Shown piece by piece: positions 22,030-33,845 of a stretch of DNA of 64,000 bases. Below the pieces are notes generated by a model. It was given only the letters and a program-made list of their open reading frames with translations. It made no database searches and was not told the DNA's origin. Each line of letters starts with the position of its first letter. Position 1 is the first letter of the stretch. Both the position numbers and the translations under genes were made by a program. The stretch comes from Ruditapes philippinarum (Eukaryota), in contig NW_026854785.1 of NCBI RefSeq assembly GCF_026571515.1, positions 1-64,000 on the forward strand, in the 5' to 3' direction.

Positions 22030-23196
22030 CGAGGGGTGTTTAAACTAGGCCAATATTTCGTTTTGCACGAAATATGTACACGTTTCGCATAGACGTTGTG
22101 TAAGCTCTCAATTGATACAGTACATGTGTAAATCAGTCTAGCCTTGACAGTAGCTCCGTTAACGCCATTGACTCGCGTATACTAAAGCTAAAATGGTTGG
22201 AAAAAGCTCTCCTTTCACTGACCAAATACGGTCCTATTTTAAGAACCATTGTATTATTAGTATGCAGGTGAAAGACATATTAAATGTTTATGGAAAACAT
22301 GCACCTCATGTACGCCTTCTAAAAACTGCAGCTTCGCCAAAATTGGTTGAAACTGTAAAGGATTTGATTGCTACTAACAAGGTTTATAGGTAAATGCGTT
22401 GGTACCTCTGTAGGAGCCGCTCATACAACTCTCAGACGTGAGGATAAGTGCTAGATGGATACCCAATCTTCTTACAAAAGAGCAAATACTTGCTCGGGTA
22501 AGAATCTCCAAACAATTGCTGAAATAGTTCCCCTAAATACAACAATCGATCTTTCGCAAATATCATCACTGGCGATGAGACGTGGATTTACTTTTATGAA
22601 AAGCAACCAAAGGATTTCAAAGACCTTATATAGCATATCGAACAATGATCGTTAGAAAGGTCAAGTATGTAATTTTCCTTACGAATCAAGGTTCTGCTAT
22701 TCGAATTGACGTACCAAAGGATAAATCTGTAAATGCAAAGTTTTACAAAGGTAATGCCTTTTATAAATAAAAAATATTTCAAAAACCGTCATCAAGCAAA
22801 TGATCTCCGTGGTGTCAGGTTGTTGCATGACAATGCTTCGTCACAAAAAGCGGCCACTGTACGAAAATACCTGTAACATGAAAGATTGTCGAGCTTCATC
22901 ACCCTCCTTATTCGCCAGATCTTGCCCCTTGTGACTTTTTCCTTTTTCCGAGGCTAAAAAACCACCTTGCTTGAAGAAAATAACAAGCACGTGAAAAATC
23001 TCGAATCGGCTATTTTCCAGTTTCTGAACAGTAAACCTAAAAAGTCGTGCAAAATCGTTAAAAAATTGGATTAAAGGCTGAAACTTTTTATATCAAATGG
23101 TGGTGAGTTTTGTTGGATTGAGATAATTATTTTGGCACTGTTTGTTAAGCACTTTTAAAAATTGGCCCAGTTGCATTCATACTTGAACATCCCTCG
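22030..23196 (+). mobile_element. Decayed mariner (Tc1/mariner, DD34D type) transposon with a pseudogenised transposase
   Basis: TIRs CGAGGG(G/A)TGTT...GGCCAAT, flanked by TA. Translated remnants include SARWIPNLLT (about 22450), IITGDETWIYFYE (about 22562), LLHDNA (about 22820) and HPPYSPDLAPCDFFLFPRLK (about 22900), interrupted by stops and frameshifts. Confidence 0.92.
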
Positions 23197-26100
23197 TATG
23201 ATATTGCGCGAGTTTAACTTAAAAATGGCTGTTTCTACCTGCCACCACTTTAGGAGTGGGAACATATTTTCTGGATTTATGAATCATAAAAGTTTGAATT
23301 TCAGCTTGAGATATGTCTAGGTCAATTGCAAGCATTATTGATATCGAAATAAAATGTTAAACATTCTATTGTGTTGTAATCCTTGATAAAGATCATTTCA
23401 ATGAAAAAAAGTATTTTCTTTTTTGGAAATATGGAGAGGGAATGAAAAAGATAGACTGCCACCATTTTAGGAATGCGAGGAGAATAAAGATAATAAAGTG
23501 GTTATTTATGAATAACTATTCAGATTTCATATCAGATTTCTTAATAAATCATTAAGGTTTGAATTTCAACTTGAGAGCTGTCTAGGCCATTTATAAGCGA
23601 TATGAATAAAAATAAAACTGTAAATATTTCTATTGTGTTGTTATTCTTGTAAAAGAAAACAACCCAAAAATTGAAAATACGAATTTGAATGCCTGTCATT
23701 TCAAAACATTTGGAAATTTGATATTTTAAAAGACTTTGCATTATTCATGGGAGATTTACAGCATGATATCAATATACAAGACATAATATAACAAGATATT
23801 AGATTTACTGGAAATTGCTATTAAAATTTAAATCAAACCCGAGATATTTCAATTTCATAAAAATAAAATATTTTTTTTCTCAGACAAATCTTATACACAT
23901 GCTGTCATGATATGTGTGATAGAGGAAATGAGTATGATCATGTAGGAGAGAAAATTCAGTATAACTTAGGCGTTTGTATAAAAATATACAGATTCTTAGT
24001 TTTTCTTTTAAATTGTATAAAAATATTACATGTACAGTATATAACATACTTTTATTTATGTTTAAATACTACCACTTTATAAAGAACGTGTTTTTCAAAT
24101 GTTTTGACAGAAATTAACATAAAAGAAGGCTCAACACTGTTTCTTACTTCTCATGAAAACACATCCTGGCTTAATATTCCTTGGTTTCTTAACTAGGGTC
24201 TTTTATGCTGATCTTTGGACATTTTCTTTTGGACACATCTCGGTCAACCAAACCGACTTTTCTTGAACACAGCAGTTTAGAGAAAAGCAATTGTCACATA
24301 AACAGTTTGTCTCGGTGGACAGTTTGTTAAATATTGCATAATGCTAAATAAAGACCAGATTTGATACATCAACTCAATTTAATATCATATACAAAACATT
24401 ATAAAGTTTCGGCGTACTTATTCAATACAGTCGTTTGTTTAATATATTATATATTTATACCAGCTACGCATATTTGAATGTAGGTATGCTTGCCTATAAC
24501 CAGTTCAATCGCTCATTTTTTCCGTAAAAATGTTGCATCTAAAAAAGGCACTAATAAAGCAACAGTTAGAGCAATGCAGACAAAAATTGTTTGTATGTAT
24601 TATAAACTGACTCTCTGTCATGCAAAATTAAACTCATTCAATATTTATTGCAACAAATTACAATCAATTGAACTGGTTTGTGTCCAGTTTTATTTGATAT
24701 ATGGCATTTGTATAGCATCAGTTTTTAAAACTCATGGGAAATTACGCCCGTGAATTCCCGCTGCCAAAATGCAATATTAATGCACGTCTGTCTAGCCGAT
24801 AGTAAGTGAGTGATAACTTCCATTCATTTTGGTACAATTAATTTAGTATGTTTCCCTAGTTTTATATATGGATTGAAACACAACTCGTTATTCTACATGT
24901 ATATCCAACGGTATTACATATACATAGTTCTTTGTTATGAACAACGTTTACAGAAAAAACTATAAAGGTATTTAAAAATTGACGGGTGTTATATACTTGA
25001 ACAAGTATTATCTTCACCTAATACATCTTTAAACTGTACAGTCTGCGTTATAGTTTCACGCGGCATCAACTGCATTCAAAAGCGATTCATTGCATAACAG
25101 TATGACTTTTTGTTTTCACTTCTTGTTCGAATATGATTGTGGAATGCGACAACCCAGATCATATATTAGCTTAGAACTTGTCTGTCATTTTAACTGGACC
25201 GAACGTAGTTTCTCTCTTTCATCGGCCGTGTAGAGAGACTTACATAACAATATGCGTTTAATTTCAAGGAAAAGGAGTTTTTTTTATTTTTATTTAGTCA
25301 AATATAATCTTGAATTTATCATACATTTTATATGTGAAGTTACTTCTTTGAAATAAAGATATCATAATAATATAAATTAAAATAGGAATTGTGTAAAATT
25401 TGTTTTGCATTTCTAACAAGCCTTTAAAACAAAATAGCCATTGATATAAATGTATAACATTTATATGAATATACCAAATTTCGGATGCTCCTATGTTTAA
25501 AATGAAATAAAAAAAATCAAATAAATAATTCGAACATGCAGCACATATGTATATGTTGGATAAGCTATTATATCTATTTATTTGATTCTCATATAAACAA
25601 GTTTATTTCAATCAAAAAGAGCTTCAGGAAAAAAACAGATAATTATTATAAGTTGTAAACATGCAAAAAGCAAATTCTCTATTAGGTAATGGCTTGGTTA
25701 TTTATCAATATCAGCGTTGTTTTAGGAAAAATGACATTGGATACAAATACTCATTCTATACTAAAGGTATTGGAATAAAGCGTATACGTTAATTATTGGA
25801 AAAATTTAAAACTCTCTAGTAGCCGATTAACAGACTGGAGAGCTGTTGCAAAAAATCAGAGAACGAGAGCAGAATACTTGATAATAAATGAAACAGCTTG
25901 AAACAACTGCTGTGGTGAAATATGTTTAAAATATTTGCTGGTTTTCTTGATTCACAAACTGTTCTCCCGCTGTGTGAATGTATGGTTAAAGTTTAGGTGG
26001 AATCTTTATAGAAAATATTTATTTATTTTAACAGTTAATCTAAAGACGTTATTCTTAATACTGAAAGTGGAAAAAACAACAATGTCATTAAATAGCGTAT

Positions 26101-26295
26101 ATAAAGCAACAGCGGATTATTTTTGGAGTAAACGTTTTCATTGAATTTTATTGCAATATGAAATAATGGCGTTAAAGTAAATGTGTGATCATACGCTAAA
26201 TAAATGTATATTTCAGATGTAGATTACGCTTTTTGTTTAGTAAATCGGTATTGTTTATTGAAATTTGAAATATACTTTGAGATATATAATCAACG

Positions 26296-28787
26296 ATGTC
26301 TGGATTATCAGGAATCGGAATGTTTTGGGCATTTTTGTCTTTTATTTCCTCGGTGTTAATATGCATTGGATATTTTTTGCCATACTGGATATCTGGACAA
26401 ATGTATTTTCAATTCAGTGGAAAATCTGAGCAAACTATTCCCGTACATTTCGGTATTTTCCGACGCTGTAATTATCCAGCAATAAGTAAAGATGGAGAGC
26501 TTACTATGATACTTGAATGTGGAAAATATACGACTTTCTCGGACATTCCAAGCACATCATGGAAAATAGCGACTCTTGTCATTGGGTTTGCGTGTGGTAT
26601 ATGTCTTCTTGTGTCATTAACGGCAATGTGTGGCCTTTGTGTTAATGGTGTTATAGTTCCGACGGTAGCGCGGTCGGCGGGAATTCTTCAGATATGTTCA
26701 GGTACATACTTACTTAATTTCTCATATGTTGTCAGATAAGAGTAAACCATTAATTCATAAAATATTGTAGAATCAAGAACACGAGTGTAAATCGGACGAA
26801 TGAATGGACAAAAATATCTAAGATTTACATTAACGTTTAAAATATTTGACATATTTTTGTTTGTACGAAAAAACAAAATTGGTATTTTTCTTTAATTACA
26901 ATTTTTATTCTTTATCATAATTAACAATATTTTCTAACTAAAGAATAAACACATGTTAGGAATCATTTTGATATATCTTTTATAACATATTATCATACAA
27001 TAATGGTTTAAACTTTAATACTTTAACTGATGGTTTAAAATAATACTTTCGTGTTAACATTCATGTGCATATTCTGTATTAAGTTCAATGATGGAACAGT
27101 GCTTACATGATTAAAATTATGACATTTTTGTTTACCTTGAACTTTAAAACTTTTCCCTGTGTAATAATATCTATTATCTAACATTGACTTTTATTTCAAT
27201 TATCATCTAACTTTTAACCGTTCATTTTTCTCTCTGATTCTTATTGATTTAGATTTACAAAAAAGAAGAGTTATTTTTCTGCTTTGCCTTACTCTTTTCT
27301 GTCTTCAGCCTTACATCTAGTAAATCAATTGTTACATTTTATATGCTCATACACGCCGTTTGATGTTCAGAAAACTCACGATTCTTATAACAAAAAAAAC
27401 AAACAAAAACTAATTTTTAAGTTGTTTATTTCTTCTTGAAAAATATATCTTAATACTTTAATATCGTGTTCTGTGTTTTCAATTTCATGGAAATATGATA
27501 TTAGGATTTTAATATATTGCCTGTACACACATATTGTATCATTTTAGTATAACTCGCTGTAACGCATGTACTTTTTGTAATTTTCACCTCCTGTAACAGC
27601 CGTTATTCAATTTAATTACTTTTCATGCATAAACAAACTCCTCTTTGAACAGATTATTTACTGCATGAAATCTAGAACTGTAAAAACTTCACAAAGACTT
27701 TACAAAATTAATGTTACAAAGGCACAGTTACTGACCATAGTAATACATTGAGAAATAACGTTTAATTTCTATTGAGAAAAATATAAGCAGCTCAATAGTG
27801 ACAAAAGAACATTTCTAAAAAATGATAAATATGAAAAACCCAAAAAGTACCTTCAACGGACAAATCCGAAAATGAAACCCCTAGAACCGGTTTTAGATCT
27901 AAGAAGAGGAATTAAAAATGTTAAAGATATTTTGCTCACAATTGATATTTATATGAGCTACATTTATATGATTAATTGACTCGTGAAGTAAAAGTTCATT
28001 ATATTTTAGGTCTGCTCATGGCTGCAGGAGTTGGTATATATCCAAATGGTTGGAACAGCCCCGAGGTTCAACAAGCTTGCGGAAACAGTTCAAAATCTTA
28101 TAGTCTTGGTAAATATAGATAATATACTTTCCATACTGGATGCCCCTTTATCCAGGGCAGATCCGTAGTCCAGTGGTTAGGAGCTGAAATATAGTAATCT
28201 AGGGTTAATGGTTTCTGATTGTACAGTTTAACATTGATTAACATATAAATATCAGACCGACCGAAATAATATCTTTTTAAAAACGGCAGTATCATTCATT
28301 TTTCAAAAATCAATGCTGTTTTCTGTACTTTGACCTATGTATTGGTTGGCAACAGATACTTTATATGCAGACGACAAACAGCTGTGTACTTTATATTCGC
28401 AAAGATATTTTTTTAAGATTTGATAATAGTAAATACACATTAATTACAGGCTTTCTAAAGCTGGAAAAAATTCGCCAGTTTTTTTATCATTAACACACTT
28501 ATTGAGGTCATAAAAATTATGACAAAAAGGAATTGAATTGAATTGAATTGAAAAACACTTGTTAAAAATGTTCAGTTATTCTATTAATTAGGCAAGTACG
28601 AGTAGTCTGAAAAATCCATTTGTGGGCTTTAACTTATAAGAGAAGATTTTTTTATTTTTCAGGTGATTGCTCTTTGTCTTGGTGCTTCTATATAACCTCT
28701 GTTGGAATAGGAGTTACTTTAGTTTGTTCAGTTCTTGCTTTTCACGCGCCAAAACGGAAACACGTCATTACCGGATCTGCGCTATAG
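26296..28787 (+). CDS. LHFPL6: LHFPL tetraspan subfamily member 6 (LHFP)-like protein, copy 1, 209 aa. Exons are 26296-26701, 28010-28108 and 28663-28787.
   Basis: WAFLSF...GYFLPYW...FGIFRRCNYP...ECGKY..FSDIPS..W...YPNGWNSPEVQQACG...GDCSLSWCFY matches LHFP motifs (FGTFRRCSYP, ECGRYASF.GIPS, YPLGWDSEEVRQTCG). Exons of 406+99+125 nt with phase-1 GT-AG introns give an open frame. Confidence 0.92.
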
Positions 28788-31077
28788 ACATGCGTCTTCG
28801 GAAGAGAAACAAAATTATGTTGAATGATATTGTAAGGACATAGAAGTGATCTCAATTTGATTTTCGTATATTGTTATCATATTGGATATGTTGAAGCAAG
28901 TCTTTGAAATGACTGACATAGAAGTAAAGTGTTTCACAACACATGGACATGTGTATCACAAAATAAGTCATTTTTGCGGACTGTTTAAAAAGATCAAAAC
29001 AGACGCCATATATTGATCTTTACAAGATCATTACATATCCTATCACATTCCTGCTTTAAGGGATAAAGATCTATTCTACACGGTTTTACACATGATCATC
29101 AAACATGTAAAAAGTTTTCTTAATAACACAATTTGAATTCGCTTGTTATATGTACATGCTAACATGGATGAATTAATCTCTGGTCAAAACAATTACTCAC
29201 TTACTAAAGTACACAATAGTGTTTTTAAAACAGGTTAATTTAAAGATGCAAAAAAAAATTAATTTAATTGTCCTACACTGCTACTTCCGCTTAATTATAT
29301 CAACTTCCGTTCTTCATATAATGAGTTTAATATATTTAATGTTACATGCTCAATTTCTCTTCAAAACCCTTTTGAAAAATGTTTAGTTTTCAACTAAATA
29401 CATGTATATAGATGCAATAATTAATTTTTTGGAAATGTATGGTCTATTTTTTCACGACTTTTGTGCGTAAATACCGGATATATTTAATACAATATTTGTA
29501 CAGGATATACCCTAGGTATTTCTTTGAACGTTATTTCATTATTCGCATACGAACACATGGTAGTGCCTACAACATCTCGTATCTTTCTCTGTTTTTATTT
29601 AATGATTGATCCAGCCTTTAATACACAGGGAATCCGAACCCCTAACTTTCAAAAAAACTATGAAGGTCATAAAAAAAGAAATTGAAATAGGTATTTAACC
29701 CACAAGAAGATATGTTTTGACAATATCATTCTACATGTAAGTCGAAAATTCTAACCGTTTTGATGCATAGAATTATACGCAATATTAAATGAATGTCGAA
29801 CTATTCTGGTGATCAGACGCTATCAAACAAAGTCATGTCATGAAAGAGTTTCATTTTACATGCCTAATTTAGTTTTTGCTTTACGCATAAACTTGAGGCA
29901 ATGTTCTTATAATAAAGTATATGGTACCAAATTGTCGAGAATGCACGCATTTGTAAATGCAACATGCATTGTCTTATCCCATCCATCATAACCAGCAGCA
30001 GTTTTTTCATCAATATCCATTTTTGTCCCTTAAATTTGTAGAATGAAACACGTATCCCTGTTTTTCCTCAATTAGCATTAACTTCTTTTCTACATTGTCC
30101 ATTTATCTGAAATCAATACGGAATGTATGTAAAAGTATTGTTGTTGCTAGCAATTAACAAACTGTATTTTACGCCAGCATTGAGTATATTGCTATCAGTG
30201 AAAGAACTGTTATATAGAGACACATTCAGTGCCTGTCATTTTAGTAATTACCAATGTGTGTACTATTAATCACTAAAATGTGATAGGTACAAGCTATTAT
30301 AGAATAAGTGCTATTTAAGATTGTGGTAATTAATTATATTTATACCATTGCAAGATCAGTTTTTTATTGAATATTAAAACCAAATTATTGTATTTTATTC
30401 TATTTGCAATATTAATTTCAGGTAAATGTGTGTATGAAACTTATTCATTCATTAGTTCATATAAAATTGAAATAAACTTTTATGTTATTTATTGCCCGGA
30501 TATGCATCATAGGTTAGGTACCTGAGAAGGCAATCACTATTCTAGAAACAACTGTCATGAATATAAATAATAGGAAATATAAGATATTTGAATATAGTGA
30601 TGAATATAGTGACTATCAAGAATTATTATCCAATTTATAAGTCCAGGATAAAATGACAATAATAAATTGCAATGTTTTCATTGCAAAATTATTATAGCAT
30701 ATATGACTGTACTATATTGAAATCAAAGTATAGTCTGTCAGTATATTTAATGAATTATCTCATATCAAAACATTTATGCAGCTGTTCGAGATATTGTCCT
30801 TATAAAACTGTATTAAAAACGTTTATTAAGGTTAAACATATTGATTGCACCATTACAAAATGTTGATGGCATATGAAATACATAATATGGCATTGTCTAT
30901 AAAATTGACAAAATGGCTATATACGTTTTGTATTACTTAATGTAAAACTATTTTTTTTCAAATTAAGATGTAAATATGAAGGGACAGTTAATAACACTGT
31001 GGATCTTCGCCTACAATTCCTATATTGTTAAGTTTATGTGTCTTATGATATTTGTAAAGGAAAATACCCCCCCCCCC

Positions 31078-31112
<35 letters not shown>

Positions 31113-33782
31113 AAAGAGAAATCATAAAAAACACAATTTCAAGAACATTATTCTAATTTCAAAAGCATTTAGACAAACTCTATGGATCCTCACTTACAAA
31201 TTGTTATATTGTCCATTTCATGTGCCTTATGATATGTATTAGAGAAAATAACTGCAGAGAACAAAGTAAAAACACAATTATTTTTAAAACGAATGTTATT
31301 CTAATTTCAAAAGCATTTAGAATTGCAAATTCAACTGAGTTTGCATTATTGCAGAAACAACATATAAATTTGCGACACATTGTCCAGCATCATACTATAT
31401 GCTACTGGAATTGGCATTTTCAATTTCACTTGCATTATAATCTGAGATAACGTAGTTGGAACAAATATAATGCAAAGACGGTCAGTTCAATTCATAAATG
31501 AGTAAGAAGTTTCAATTTAAGAGGGAGAGAAAAAACTACTTAAAAAGGTAAGAGGCATACATTTGGTTTTGCTCTTAGAATATACAAGATAGTGATTATG
31601 CAACATGTATGCCTAAAATCATTTACCATTTGAAGCACCAGTTTTCACGACTCGTGGGAAATAACGGCCATGAATTCCTTCTGCCAAAATGCAATATTGA
31701 TGTACGTCTGTCTAACATAGATTAAATGAGTGATTGCTTTCATTTATATTGGTACAATTCATTTAGTATGTGTTTAAATGAATGTAAAGTGCTAAATAAC
31801 AGTTTATAAAAAACGTTTTCCATCATTATTGCTATGCAAACATTCTTTCACAAAACGGAATATCAAAGAATTCAATGCTATTTAAAGCATTTGTCGAATA
31901 TGTTTTCATTGGATAGATTTTAAATTAAGTTGATTCATTTTTGTATGAATTCAGTTCTTTGTTATTTTGTATTAAACGAAATAGCTTGGTTTCTAGTGCA
32001 GTTTATCTAATTTTACTAATTTTACTAGTTTTAACTTTTGTTTTTTAGTTTACAAATTAATTGTTTCAATTAAAAAACAACAACAAAAAACGATTACTAA
32101 AAAAATACCTGAGTGTATGAAAGATATTTTCTTAAGAGCTAATGACATGAATGACGCACGCAAGAAATCATTGCTAAACAGTAAAATGACAGCAAATATT
32201 TTGTTTCGGGTCATTTTGGTGCAATATACATGACTGTGTGTTATACAATAGAGACATTCTATGTAGAAAACTCTTCGAAGAGTCGACCAAAAATATGACT
32301 CTCATTAATTTTATAAAAGTATGCCTTTATATACCTTAATTCTATTTACATTAGGCATGTGTGTTTAAGAAAACAAATTGTCGGAGTTTGATTTTAGAAT
32401 GTGTAAAGTAATGGTTGCTTAATTTTGCAAATAAATGATACATCTAAACTGGTCTATATCCAGGCTGCCTAGTTATTCGAGCGGCTAATGCACTAGTAAA
32501 TTTCTTCTCTTGGGAAATACAAATATCTCGCAGGAAAAATGCAATATTGATGCATGTCTGTCTATCGGGTATTAGCGTTATATGAATAGTAGTTCAAAAT
32601 CAGATAGCTTGTTTTGTGCGGAAATGATTCTCTTTTTTTTCTTCAGAATTATACGATATGTGCTTGTGGAAAATGACATTCCAAATCTTAAATACTAGTC
32701 CTCGTTTTAAAAATTTGCCTCGCTTCAAGTCTTTTGGTCATTTTTATACTTTTGGAATAAATATTTTTTATAAAAAATATATAGATTTCTATCAACAAAT
32801 TACGGCTGGACTTTTTGTAAAGAGGAATCGAATACCTTACCGGATATTTATGAAATGTATATCATTATTTGCTTACAATTATTTTTTTATTATTATTATT
32901 ATTTTTACCTAATAACCCAAACTAACATTGCCAGTAATGATAGTCATAATACCATTGTAAGTATTGTTTTCTTCTTTGAATGTTTATAAGCTATCGTATC
33001 AATGTTTTATATCATCCGAAAAAAACATAACAGTCATTCCAGATCATACCCTTTGAGGCTGAGATTGTTATAGGCAGTCAGTATAGAGTCCATGTTGCAG
33101 GAGATAAGGCTCATGGCCTATATCTATGTTGATATTATTTGTAACTGTATTTTGTAAGATTGTAATTGGCTAAATGATGGTAAACTTAATGTATTGACAG
33201 CTCGGCCGAAGGAAACAGGGACCGTTTGGCGGAATTATTTTTACCCGAACCCATCCTCTTACAGCGAATAATTTTTATTTGCGGTATTTTCTTGTTTTCT
33301 ACACTAAGACACCATTACAGCAATGGCTGGAACAGGAGGAGGCAGTGCTAGAGTTGGAAGATAGCATCAAGCGTATGAGGAAGATACGAAGAGCTTGGCA
33401 GTAGAATGCGAATACTTTAATAACTTTTCAGATTTATTATGATCATACTACAGATGTAAGCGGTTAGACTTTTATTTTAGATTTTATTATTTTTAGTTTC
33501 ATTAATACAATAGCACCAGAACAAAAAAAATATTGAAAGCAATTCATAGATACGATTTATTGCAGGTAAAAACAGACTATTGATCATAAGACAATGTTAG
33601 AAGGGAGGCTTCCTGCACGTAATTCCTGGAAGAACATGTTACAAGCTCAAAAAATAAAGCACAGCCTGAAATAAGATCTGGTCTGTATTTTACTTTAATG
33701 GAGTTTGGTTTTTGTAATTTATCTAATCATTACAAACTTCAAGAATAAACAGGAACATTGTGAAGAAAATGAAGAAAAAAAT

Positions 33783-33845
33783 GAAAGAAAGAAAGAAAGA
33801 AAGAAAGAAAGAAAAAAAAGAAGAAAACAACAACAACAACAACAA
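33783..33845. repeat. (GAAA)n and (CAA)n microsatellites
   Basis: Direct reading. Confidence 0.85.

Noticed and set aside
22193-22655. Intact transposase ORFs
   Set aside because: Only fragments remain. The catalytic motifs are split across frames by stops and frameshifts.
30976-31242. Lys-rich ORF (and the ORF at 33705-33944)
   Set aside because: Artefacts of poly(C)/poly(A) and (GAAA)n/(CAA)n microsatellites
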